The notes under the pieces: model-generated
Told to the model about the DNA's origin: nothing
Seen by the model: only the letters and a program-made list of their open reading frames with translations
The model's database searches: none
In this document: positions 1-13,047 of the stretch, in pieces
How positions within the stretch are numbered: position 1 is the first letter of the stretch
Layout of the letters: each line of letters opens with the position of its first letter
Translations under genes and position numbers: made by a program
Source: Octopus vulgaris
Lineage: Eukaryota
DNA length: 64,000 nt
Assembly: GCA_951406725.2 (NCBI GenBank)
Contig: OX597826.1
Span: 70,308,001 to 70,372,000, forward strand
Direction of reading: 5' to 3'

Positions 1-722
1 TTTGCCCAAGATGCCACGCAGTGGGAGTGAACCCGGAACCATGTGGTTAGTCAGGAAGCTACTTACCACACAGCCACTCCTGCATGTGTAATATTAGTGC
101 ACATGAACACCAATGCACAAATGGGTCAAGAGAAGAACTGAGCATAAGAGAAATTGAGTGTAGAACACAAGAGAAAGTGCTATGCTAGTGCAGGCATGTG
201 ATGCATGTAGAGGATGATTTCTGCATAAGACCTGAGCATTCCAAATTATTGGAATCTTGGAACAAAGTGATGGAGACTGATCTGAAGATGCTGCAGCTCA
301 CAGAAGAGATGACAAAGGAATTTACTGGTTAGATGCATGTGGTGCATTCACGAAGACAAGTACATGAGGGTAGTATTTAGGAACCTACATTGACGGTCCC
401 CTCACTTTGTATCCTTAAATAAGCATGACTTAGTGGTTAGGGTGTTGAACTCATGATTGTATGGTCGTGGTTTCGATTCCTGGACTGGGTGACGCGTTGT
501 GTTCTTGAGCAAAACACTTCATTTCACGTTGCTCCAGTCCACTCAGCTGGCAAAAATAAGTAATCCTGCGATGGAGCAGGTCCTGTCCAGGTGGGGAATT
601 TCTACACCACTGAAACCAGGAAACTGGCCCTTATGAGCTTGGCATGGCTCGAGAAGGAACATTGTTGCACTCACTCTGTTTTTGTCTATCTATTGCTCTT
701 TTTCCAATTTCTTTGTCACACA

Positions 723-789
<67 letters not shown>

Positions 790-1778
790 TCACCATTCCC
801 TGTGCTGACAGCATCAGAGCATCATCATCCCTCTATCACACTTTACCATCTCTAGACAAACTAAGAAACTGCATCAAGCCATCTGTAGACAATACATGTA
901 TGTATGTGTATGTGTATGTGTGTGTGTGTGTGTGTGTGTATGCGCATGTCATGTAAAGCACGCACAAATCTCATCCAACCTGTCTCCTCCACACTCCCTC
1001 GTCTTCCATCATCTCTGCAACACAGTTTTCTTTTTCCCAAGGTTTCTGCTTTTCGACAACTGTTGCACATATGTTCAACAAGGTCTCTCTCTCCTCTTCC
1101 CTTTAACCACATACTGGTTCTTATTCAAAAAGTTCGTTTCAAAACATTGATGTACGACTTTGTTTTTTCTTCACCAATAACATCCTTTGAACTTAAGCCC
1201 AAGAAGTCGGATGGTATCTCTTAATAATGGTATATTTGCATTGGCGTTTGGAAGGGCATCCAGCTGTAGAAACTCTGCCAGATCAGATTGGAGCCTGGTG
1301 CAGCCATCTGGTTCGCCAGTCCTCAGTCAAAATCGTCCAACCCATGCTAGCATTGAAAGCAGACGTTAAATGATGATGATGTTGCACTTAAGATCCATCC
1401 ATCCTTTCATCTATACATATTCATATACACACACAGAGTACCGAGATGCCTGGCACCATACTGTGCTCAAGAAGACCTGTACTGTGCAACAGAAATGTTA
1501 AGACCACTTCCTCTGGTGGTGTAAAACACTTGTGGCAGTGCCACATAAAAGCACCCGAGTGGTGCCACATAAAGTGCCCGTATGGTGCCACATAAAAGCT
1601 CCCGTGCAGTGTCACATATAAAAGCACCCAGCCCTCGCTGTAAAGTGGTTGGCATTAGGAAGCACATTCAGCCGTAGAAACCATGCCAAACCAGACTGGG
1701 GTCTGACGCAGGTCCCCAGCTTGCCAACTCTGGTTAAAACAGTCCAACTCTCATGCCTGCATGGGCAGCAAATATTAA

Positions 1779-1810
1779 ATGATGACGATGACAACGACGA
1801 CGACAACAAC

Positions 1811-1842
<32 letters not shown>

Positions 1843-2031
1843 CGATGATGATGAAGACAATGACGATGATGATGATGATGACGATGACGACGACGATGAT
1901 GATGACAACGATGATGATGATGATGACGATGACAACGATGATGACGATGACGACGATGATGACGTCGACGACGACGATGATGACGATGACGATGATGATG
2001 ATGACAACGACGACGATGATGATGACGATGA
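1779..2031. repeat. (GAT/GAC)n compound microsatellite
   Basis: direct reading. Confidence 0.95.
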
Positions 2032-2710
2032 CACACATTTATATATATGATGTGATTCATTTATTTCACGTCTGGTTTACCATTCTAGCATGGGTCAGAC
2101 GAATGTATATTACTATCAAGGCATATCTTACAATTGGATGCACTTCCTGTCATTAAACCTTACCTGTTTATCGAACAAGGGATATTATATTTAGCACATC
2201 TTGAAAGATGTGAAACGAACAGACAATTCATTGACAACTAATGTGATGGCAACACACTGATGCCCCATGGCTTCTGACTTTTGCCAAGACACAAACGTAA
2301 ACAAAACGAAAAAACACACACACAAACAAACAAAAAAATGTGCTTTTTTATTTTTTATTTTGGTTGGCACAAAGCTGGTCTACTACAAAACCAAGTAACT
2401 GGGAAATGAATTTCTTAACCATGGGACCATACCTGTGCTTAATAATATATCTTCATCATCATCATCATTGTTTTAATGTCCACCTTCTCCATGCTTCCAT
2501 GGATCATACAAAATTCTTTGAGGTAGATTTTTCTATGGCCATATACTCTTCCTTTCATCAACTCTTACCTGTTTCCAAGCAAGGTAATATTTCCCTTCGT
2601 CCTTAGAATACAGGTGAGCAAAAGGTTTTACACTAATTGTAAAACATTGGAGTTAATTTAGAATTAGCTTGCAATGTGAAAGACAAAGAGATACACACAC
2701 ACGTGTGTGT

Positions 2711-2750
<40 letters not shown>

Positions 2751-3007
2751 CATGACTATATTTATTATATATGTGTATGTATACAGATACACATACACAA
2801 GTGCACACACTCATATACACGTGTGTGTAGCATTGTAGATGTGTGTATGTATGCATGTAGATATACATCCATACACATATATGCACACATATATACATAT
2901 ACATATATATATATATATATATATATGAGTATATATATATATACTTATATGTATATATAAACTTGTGTGTGTGTATATATATATATGTGTGTGTGTATGT
3001 ATATATA

Positions 3008-3123
<116 letters not shown>

Positions 3124-3361
3124 TGAGTGTGTAAGACGCCATACTTCGTGTTCTGTGTTTGTGTAAACACATTTCAGATAAAGTCTACAATCACCTCTTC
3201 CTTGTCTCCCTCCCTCCCTCTCTTTCCCCTCTGAACTTGTCTCTAGGCAACAATTTACATTCTTTGCTACCCCACCACTACCACCACCACTACCACCACC
3301 TCTCTTTCTACTTTTGTCCACATTGACTTGAGGACAGCTGGGAATACAGTATGGTTGTTTC

Positions 3362-3558
3362 TGGTGGTGGTGGTGGTGGTGGTGGTGGTATTGGTGGTTG
3401 TGTTGGTTGTGTTGGTAGTGGTAGTAGTATTGTTAGCAGAGGTGGTGTTTAGTAATAGTTCTTATAGTAATGGCAGTAGTTGTGGTGATGGTGGTAATGG
3501 TGACAGAAGTAGTAGTAGTAGTGGTGGTGGTGGTGGTGGTAGTAGTAGTAGTAGTAGC

Positions 3559-3596
<38 letters not shown>

Positions 3597-3952
3597 CAGT
3601 AGTAGTAGTAGTAGTGGTGGTGATACTAGTGGCAGTGGTGCTGACAGTTTTAGTAGTATTGGTGGTGGTGGTGGTACTGACAGTCGTGTAAGTAGTAGCA
3701 GCAGCAGCAGCAGTAACAGTAGTAGTAGTAGTAGTAGTAGTAGTAATGGTGGTGGTGGTGGTGGTTGTGGTAGTAGTAGTAGTAGTAGTAGTAGTAGTAA
3801 TGGTGGTGGTGGTGGTGGTTGTGGTAGTAGTAGTAGTAGCTGTTCTGCTGTTCTTTTTGTTTACTTTAAAAAGGAGACATTCAGTGTTGACTTTGTTGTG
3901 AGATTATGGTGTTGGTGGTGGTGGTGGTGGTGGTGGTAGTGGTGGTGGTGGT
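3362..3952. repeat. (GGT/AGT)n compound microsatellite
   Basis: direct reading. Confidence 0.9.
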
Positions 3953-4251
3953 GTGAGAGGTTTTGAGGGTGAAAGTAGACCGTTTGCTGGTGCTATAATA
4001 ATAATGATAATCTTTTATCCTGCAGGCACTGAAATTTGGTGGGGGGGCGGGTGATTAGGGGAGGGGGGGATAGTCGATTACATCGGTGGTGGGGAAGGGG
4101 AGGGAATGGGTCAGTGTTTAACTGCTGCTTATTTTATTGGCCCCTTCGCATCCCCTGGAAGGATGATAAACAATGTCTGCCCTCAGCACGATTTGAACAC
4201 AAGATGCAAGGACAAACTAAATGTTGCCAAGCAATTTGCACACTATACACA

Positions 4252-4650
4252 GGCGCAGGAGTAGTTGTGTGGTAAGTAGCTTGTTTACCAACCACATGGT
4301 TCCGGGTTCAGTCCCACTGCGTGGCACCTTGGGCAAATGTCTTCTACTATAGCCTCGGGCCGACCAAAGCCTTGTGAGTGGATTTGGTAGACGGAAACTG
4401 AAAGAAGCCCATCGTATATATGTATGCGTGTGTGTGTTTGTGTGTCTGTGTTTGTCCCCCTAGCATTGCTTGACAACCAATGCTGGTGTGTTTATGTCCC
4501 CGTTACTTAGCGGTTCGGCAAAAGAGTCCGATAGAATAAGTACTGGGCTTACAAAAGAATAAGTCCCTGGGTCGAGTTGCTCGATTAAAGGTGGTGCTCC
4601 AGCATGGCCGCAGTCAAATGACTGAAACAAGTAAAAGAATAAAAGACTAA
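4252..4650 (+). mobile_element. tRNA-derived SINE family 1 (about 400 bp, internal TA/TG microsatellite, TAAAAGA-type tail), sense copy
   Basis: A-box-like TAGTTGTGTGG, B-box-like GGTTCAGTCCC; many near-identical copies in the window; 5'-truncated copy follows at about 4695..4995. Confidence 0.85.
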
Positions 4651-5847
4651 AAGATTCTGCTAACTCGTTATCTGAATGGTAATTATTATAGTAAAACCTT
4701 GTGAGTGGATTTGGTAGACGGAAACTGAAAGAAGCCCGTCATATATATATGTATATACACATATGTATGTGTGTGTGTGTATATGTTTGGGTATCTGTGT
4801 TTGTCCCCCACCAACATCGTTTGACAACTGATGCTGGTGTGTTTATGCCCCCGTAACTTAGCGGTTCAGCAAAATAGACCGATAGAATAAGTACTAGGCT
4901 TACAAAGAATAATAAGTCCTGGGGTCGATTTGCTCAACTAAAAGGCGGTGCTCCAGCATGGCCACAGTCAAATGACTGAAACAAGTAAAAGAGTAAATAA
5001 AAAATAATGTTAACTTTCAATGGAAGTAAGTCAATCGCAAAGGGGGAGATGTTGTGGCAAGAGTCATTGACACCCCCTGGGGGAATTGGAACAATGGGAC
5101 TAGCCGAACTCTTATAAAGAGTAGAGGTTGATAATATTCGGAGAGAGCATTTTGGTAGTTTCGCGAAGTACGTTGTGTGAACACATCGGTTAAACCTCTG
5201 CCACATATTTTATCAATAACAACCTGTGGCAGGATATAAAACTTTCTCATATTTTCCCCTCTATTCCACCACTCCGACCGAGCACAGCTAGTGCTTTTCT
5301 TTCTTCTTCTATTTCATATTCTCATAACTTGAATGAACATGTTTGAAACCATCAAACAACAAACGTAGGGACACATGACTTGGCCTTTCATATATGGAGA
5401 TGTGTGTGGACATATAACTTAGCTTTTTTTTTTTTTTTGTTTTTTTCATGCAGCAGGTGTCCCTGATTTTTCATCCTTCCCAAACACTTTTTTTCTTCCT
5501 ATAAATATTCATGTTCTCTTCTGGTTTTCATTATTTGAAGTCTTCCTGTAAGGAAGGAGCTGCTTTCTATACAAAGATACAAAGCTCCGTCGTTGGAATG
5601 TAGATAAAATAAACAATATCACGTTGTGAACTTGAGAAAAGTCTTGCATATTTTTGCTGTTCCGCTTACAGGTTGTATTAGTAAGGTGTGTGTTAGCTGG
5701 GTGATTTCCTTTTCTGAAAAACATAGCTTTTCCAGATTGTGTGTGTGTGTGTACGTGCACACACATGCTTAGCAAAATGAAATAGAAATTCTTCATTTCA
5801 ATGCACTTTTTTAAAACTCGGTAACTTCAATATTAATATCACCTACG

Positions 5848-6447
5848 AAGGCGGCAAGCTGACAGAAACGTTAGCACACCGGACAAAATGCTTAGCAGTA
5901 TTTCATCTGCCGTTACGTTCTGAGTTCAAATTCCGCCGAGGTCAACTTTGCCTTTCATCCTTTCGGGGTCGATAAATTAAGTACCAGTTACGCACTGGGG
6001 TCGATGTAATCGTCTTAATCCCTTTGTCTGTCCTTGTTTGTCCTCTCTGTGTTTAGCCCCTTGTGGGTAGTAAAGAAAGAGGTATTTCGTCTGCCGTTAC
6101 GTTCTGAGTTCAAATTCCGCCGAGGTCAACTTTGCCTTTCATGCTTTCGGGGTCGATAAATTAAGTACCAGTTACGCACTGGGGTCGATGTAATCGTCTT
6201 AATCCCTTTGTCTGTCCTTGTTTGTCCTCTCTGTGTTTAGCTCCTTGTGGGTAGTAAAGAAAGAGGTATTTCGTCTGCCGTTACGTTCTGAGTTCAAATT
6301 CCGCTGAGGTCAACTTTGCCTTTCATGCTTTTGGGGTTGATAAATTAAGTACCAGTTACACACTGGGGTTGATGTAATCGACTTAATCCCTTTGTCTGTC
6401 CTTGTTTGTCCTCTCTATGTTTAGCCCCTTGTGGGCAATAAAGAAAT
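5848..6447 (+). mobile_element. SINE family 3: one head plus three tandem bodies of about 185 bp (other copies 29030..29460, 30997..31205, 43694..44060, 48320..48440 minus, 54038..54230, 54893..55100)
   Basis: GAAGGCGGCAAGCTGACAGA head, GAGTTCAAATTC B box, conserved GGTCRACTTTGCCTTTCATCCTTTCGGGGTCGATAAA core. Confidence 0.85.
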
Positions 6448-7056
6448 AATATTAATATCGTCCACACACACTTATCCACCCACACATACAGAGAAATGTA
6501 ATCACACTGCAGATTAAAAATATTTAACGCCCAATAACCAAGGAACGTTAATGAAGTATGTATATGTGTATGTAAGTGTGCATGTGTGTGTGTTTGAATG
6601 TCAACCCAAGGGGAGGGGCAGGAAAGAGAATACTCATGACATATGACAGATGATGAATATTCCATGTTGTCATAACAGTTTCAATTCTCCATCACTTCCT
6701 TGTCATGGTGTTGGTAGGTGTAGGGACACTGTTCACTGTTTCAAATTCGAGGGGTGACAGGAACTGGGCAGGGAGGTGGCGAAGGCGGGGAATGTCCCAG
6801 CGTTAGGACGAGAGCAGGGAAGGCAAAAGTTGCTTTCTCGTAATATATTCTGCAGTAATTTTTCATAATCATTAGAGAAGATTGAAAATTTTTATTTTCA
6901 GGCGTGGCTGTGTGGTAAGAAGTTTGCTTCCCAAGATCAGGGTTCCAGGTTCAGTTCTACCACATAGCACCTTGGGCAAATGTCTTCTGTTTTAGCTTCA
7001 GGCTAATCATAGCTTTATGAGAGGATTTCGTAGATGGAAACTGAAATAAAATTGTG

Positions 7057-7093
<37 letters not shown>

Positions 7094-7504
7094 GGTGTAG
7101 GAGTGGCTGTGTGGTAAGTAGCTTGCTTACAAACCACATGGTTCCGGGTTCACTTCTTATTAAACTAATACATCTGTTTGTTGTCTACACCACCTGTCTT
7201 TGTCTTTTGTTTTTTTGCATGAATTCTCCCTATATATATATATATATATACATACACATACACACATATACATATGTATGGAAACTAGTCTCAAAGCAGT
7301 GCTCCAGCATGACCAGAATCCAATGACTGAAACAAGTAAAAGTGTGTGTATGTGTATGTATGTATATATATATAAACTAGCGTATCCTCTCTAGCATGTA
7401 TTGAGTGCTCCTTTCTCGTTTGTCCAAAATAAAGCATCATACATATATATATATATCTATGAAATATTTTATAACCACATTTATTTCTTTTATTTCATTT
7501 ACAG

Positions 7505-7819
7505 GGACAATCCGTACAGCTCAAGTCCTCGACAGGGAAACAGTGTCCCATTACTGGCTCACTGTCTACGCTCAGGATAAAGGACTGGTCCCCCTGTACG
7601 GCCATCAGGAAGTCTTAATCCGTATCAATGACACGAACGACAATGTCCCACAGACCGAGGAACCTCTTTATAATGCATCCATTCCAGAAAACAGTGGCTC
7701 TGGCATTGGCATAATAAGAATTCAGGCGTACGACCTCGACACTAGTCTCAAACAGAACCTAACATTTGCAATCACCGGTGGAAATTCTGAGCGTTACTTC
7801 AGCATAGATTCGTTAACAG
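7505..7819 (+). CDS. Fat-like exon A (315 nt, phase 1-1): [12 protein letters not shown]...FSIDSLT
   Basis: tttacag|GG ... ACAG|gttagt; one full cadherin repeat unit. Confidence 0.95.
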
Positions 7820-8142
7820 GTTAGTGCTGCATTTTTAATTGTTTGTTTGCGAATTGATCAATTTATTTATTGCTCGTTAAAATTTCTTTTTAGTGTGGTG
7901 GTTTTAGCAGAATCATTTAAGTGTTAAATTAAATGCATTTCAATATTGAGTTGTGCTCCTTTATGTGGTGGGTTCAAATCCTGGAGAGAGTTTATCTGCC
8001 ATCTTTCTTTGGCTGTACCTCTTGTGCATTGAGGTAAATATGTTTGGTAGCATTTTTCTCCCTAGATTTATGTCTCAGAATTTGACCCAACTGGACCAGA
8101 ATTTCAATTCATGGCAGCACAGAAGACTGACATTAAATTACG

Positions 8143-8193
<51 letters not shown>

Positions 8194-11100
8194 ATATCAA
8201 AATATAAGTGTGTGTGTGTGTGCATACATTTTTTTTTTTGTATATCAGCGCTGCCTTGACTATGCCAGTGCCGCCTTGACTTGCTTCTGTGCCAGTGGCA
8301 CGTAAAAAGCACCAACCGAACTTGGCCACTGCCAGCCTCCTCTGGCACTTGTGCCGGTGGCACATAAAAAGCATCCACTACACGTTAGGAAGGGCATCCA
8401 GCTGTAGAAAAAAGCCACCTTTTATCAATTCAACAATGAAAACATTAAATTATACCATTTAGAAAAAATTACATCTTATAGAAAAATTAAATATAAAACA
8501 TATACCAATGATTAAGTAATGTGCAAAATAATAACATAAAACGTATATATTTGGTAGAATATATATGTATTATATATGCATGCAGATATATGTGTGTGTA
8601 TAACCCATGCCAGCATGGACAACAGACATTAGATGATGAAGATGATGATGATGATGTGTGTGTGTGTGTATAGATTTGATTAATGAGAAAGATGGAAGAT
8701 ACAAGAATGTCTATTGATCAAATACCCGATGAACACTGAGTAGGTGAACGTGCTTTATTGGTAAACTACCAAGTTTATATCATCCGATTTATTAACTAAT
8801 ATAGATATATATGTGTTTGTGAGTGTGTGTGTGTAGTTGTATATGTATCCATACATACATATATATCTATATGTGTGTGTGTGGTGCGGGGTTACCTGCA
8901 TTGTTTGAAATTAAGATGTTCTATTCAATATATAGCACTTGAAGACGAGATATACAATAAAATCACCTGTTCACATTTCTTAGGTATTCTGTCGATGATT
9001 GAGTTTATTTCAGACAACTTGTGAAACAAAATGTTCTCACTAAATTGGCAAGATGCCGAATGTAATCTTGAACTACACGCAATCAAAATGAAGAGAATAT
9101 TTGATTATTAAGTTCCTGCCAGCTGAGCACAATACTTTTATAGTTCCCACCTCTATTTTGGACCGTGACAAAGAACACAAGAGATGCTCATAATATTTTG
9201 GCTACCATCCTGGATGTCTCGGACAGTTTCCATAAGGTTTGGTACAGCATAAGGGATGCCAAAACAGCTTTGTATCAGATCACGGTTGTCTGTCTGTTAG
9301 AAATCTGTGTTAGCGTTGGAAAGCGTTTTTGATGGCTGAACGAACGTTGCTCAAGTCGACTGTGACACGACGGTGTATGAGGAGAACAGGGCAATGATTT
9401 CTTAAGTGCAATGTTTGAGACAATGTGTCAAAGTAAGAAGTGGTCTTTTTCTCTTACGAAAATTGCTCTGTGCAATTCAAAGTGTCATTCAAATTTAGAT
9501 TACCGCTATAAATAGAAGACTAAAAGAATTGCAATGGCCACCATCATCATCATCATCATCATCATTCTTTTAACCCTTTGATATTCAGATTTTTCTGTTG
9601 GATGAAATGCTTACTTATTCACATTGCTCTGAGTTAATCATGCATTATGGGCACAGGCTTGACAGTGTGGTAAGAAGTTTGCTTTCCAACCACATGGTTC
9701 TGGGTTCAATCCCACTGTATGGGACCATGAGCAAGCATCTTCTGCTATATCCCATGGCTGAACAAAGGCTTTTGGGGGGATTTGGTAGATAAGAATAGAA
9801 TGAAGCTTGTTGTATGTATATATATATATATTTATGTGTATATATATATATATTTATGTGTATATATATATATATTTATGTGTATATATATACTCTTTTA
9901 CTCTTTTACTTGTTTCAGTCATTTGACTGCGGCCATGCTGGAGCACCGCCTTTAATCAAGCAACTCGACCCCAGGACTTATTCTTTTGTAAGCCCAGTAC
10001 TTATTCTATCGGTCTCTTTTGCCGAACCGCTAAGTGACGGGGACATAAACACACCAGCATCGGTTGTCAAGCAATGCTAGGGGGACAAACACAGACACAC
10101 AAACACACACACACATATACATATATATACATATATACGACGGGCTTCTTTCTGTTTCCGTCTACCAAATCTACTCACAAGGCTTTGGTCGGCCCGAGGC
10201 TATAGTAGAAGACACTTGCCAAAGGTGTCACGCAGTGGGACTGAACCCGGAACCATGTGGTTGGTAAACAATCTACTTACCACACAGCCACTCCTGCCCC
10301 TATATATATATTTATGTATATATACTTATATATACTTATGTGTGTGTGTGTGTATCATCGTTGTTGTTTAACGTTCGCTTTCCATCCTGGCATGGGTTAG
10401 ACGGTTTGACTCGCGAACATATAACAATACAAACCATAAACTGTATCATTCAGTCTGCTGTAATGAATCCATAAACACATATAAAATATCCAAGGGTATA
10501 TATTTTTTCACCTCTGAAGATATTATGCTCAGGTCATATAAATATAACTTTAACATTAATACGCATGCAGGCATACATGCATATATACATACATACATGC
10601 AGACAGACTTTCATTGTACAAACATACACACACACACTCATACATACATACACACATACATGCATACATACATGCATACATACATACATATATACATACA
10701 TACTAGGGAGAGATTGCAACTCCTTAATTCATATGCTACAAATGATCACAGTATCTGGAACAATAAAAATCTACAAGATCTTCTTAAGATTTAAAGGATA
10801 ATGGAACAAAATAAGATGCTTTCCTTCACAACCTTTGCTACGAAGCAGGTGGTCAGTCAGAAACTCTGAATTTGAAAGAGAAAGAGAATGCATATAAAAA
10901 AAATATATACACTCACATAATGTGTGTGTGTGTTTGAATATATATATATATATATAAAATAGTGTACATTTAAACACATTAAGAGGTTTCCATCGTAGAA
11001 ATCCCTTATGCTAGAAGGAACAGCTAAAGTCCAAACACACTAATTAGGGATAAATTCTAGAAGGGAATGAAAAATAAAAATATTTACCATCTATTTCCTG

Positions 11101-11450
11101 AACCAATGGTTTCTGACTTATTTTTAGCAAATAAAATAAAATAATTTGCTAGCAAAATATTTTATTTTTTTGCTAAAATGTTTTTATGTTTCATTCCCTT
11201 CGAGAATTTATCCCTAATTAGTGGTTTGGACTGTAGCTGTTCCTTCTAGCGTAAGGGATTCCTATGATGGAAACCTCTTAATGTGTTTAAACGTACACTG
11301 TATTTTATATGAATAAGATATAGCCTATTGACTAATTTTTCTATACGCTAGGCCACTGGTAGTAAAAATTTCTAAAATCTTTATTACCCTATTATGAATT
11401 ATATATATACCTATATAAAAATACACACACACATATATATATATATATAT

Positions 11451-11481
<31 letters not shown>

Positions 11482-11492
11482 TATATATTTAT

Positions 11493-11551
<59 letters not shown>

Positions 11552-11625
11552 TATATTCAAACATATAAGGGACGGCCATAATAGGACATCCAACTCACTA
11601 GAAAGAGCAGCCAAACTCCAAACCA

Positions 11626-11675
<50 letters not shown>

Positions 11676-11881
11676 TATATGTATAATTTTGAATTGATTG
11701 GGAATTATAATTTCGCCTTGTCAGCTTCTACAAACAGTCAAGCCAATAAGGCAAAACTTGAATTGCCAGTCAAGTCAAAATTATCGATAAGACTCTACTA
11801 CAAAGAGTATAGAGTCCTGCTATCAATAAACGTTTTGTTATCATTAAATACCACCAAATACTACATATACACACACACACG

Positions 11882-11917
<36 letters not shown>

Positions 11918-12405
11918 AAGATAGATAGATTAGATAGATAGATAAGTGTAAAATATGTATGTATATCGAATATCATTATATATATATATCTTATATATCC
12001 TGTATGTGTATAGAGATGTATGAAAAGGTGTGTGTGTTTGTGTGTCCCACTTACACAGGGCCACACTCACTACCTGTCAGAAGCAGTAACTCAACTCCAA
12101 ACGAGGTCAACACTGACTTTATCAATCGTCGAAATTTGCATATATCACCTCAATGACCTCTCCCAGTGACAATAACTCAATCACCTCAATCTGTTACACT
12201 CAATGAATTTGGCTTACTCCGCCTACCTCTTGCAGTTTTTTTTTTATGTATTTTTTTTATGATTGTTGCTGTTGTTGTTCTGGACATTCTTAGTTGTTCA
12301 CCTCTTATGAATAGGTGGATTTGCAGTGCTGTTTCCATGGTAAATTAACATTCATTTCCAATTGTATAGGATTTCATATATATGTACTCATGTATGTACG
12401 TATGT

Positions 12406-12457
<52 letters not shown>

Positions 12458-12483
12458 CTGTGTGTGTGTGCATATATATGTAC

Positions 12484-12514
<31 letters not shown>

Positions 12515-13007
12515 GTGGAGGTGCAATGGCCCAGTGGGTAGGGCAGTGGACTCGTGGTCGGAGGATCACAGTTTCGATTCCCAGACCGGGCGTTGTGTAA
12601 GTTTATTGAGCGAAAACACCTAAAGCTCAACGAGCTCCAGTACGGGGTGGCGGCGACTCCTGTTGTACTCTTTCGCACCAACTTTCTCTCACTCTCTCTT
12701 CCTGCTTCTTGAGTAACGCTGCGATGGACTGGCGTCCCGTCCAGCTGGGGGGAACACATACGCCACAGAAACTGGGAGACTGGGCACATGAGCCTGGCTA
12801 GGCTTGAAAAGGGCACATAAATAATAATAATAATATATATATATATATAGGTGCAGGCATGGCTGTGTGGTAAGAAGTTAGCTTCTCAACCACAAGGTTC
12901 TGAGTTCAGTCCCACTGTGTAGCACCTTGAGCAGGTGTCATCTGCTATAGCCTCAAGTCAACCTAAACCTTGTGAGTGGATTTGGTACAGAAACTGAAAG
13001 ATGCTTG

Positions 13008-13047
<40 letters not shown>

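Noticed and set aside
1535-1632. Short direct repeats GTGCCACATAAAAGCACCC of about 21-24 bp period, superficially CRISPR-like
   Set aside because: Eukaryotic intron, no unique spacers of CRISPR length and no cas genes; internal repeats of family 4.
4285-4476. Recurring ORF text such as [28 protein letters not shown]
   Set aside because: Translation of SINE family 1, repeated at each copy; not a gene family.
8720-8762. CCGATGA...GTGAACGTG hammerhead-like trace on the plus strand (similar traces near 10514 and 27210..27260)
   Set aside because: Core and stems too decayed to call a ribozyme.
11690-11865. Structured island between (TA)n tracts, considered as a twister-like ribozyme
   Set aside because: Hairpins are present but I could not fit the twister pseudoknots or a hammerhead core.
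12292-12320. 21-nt AG/GT segment in intron A-B
   Set aside because: Contains an in-frame TGA and has a poor donor (gtggat).
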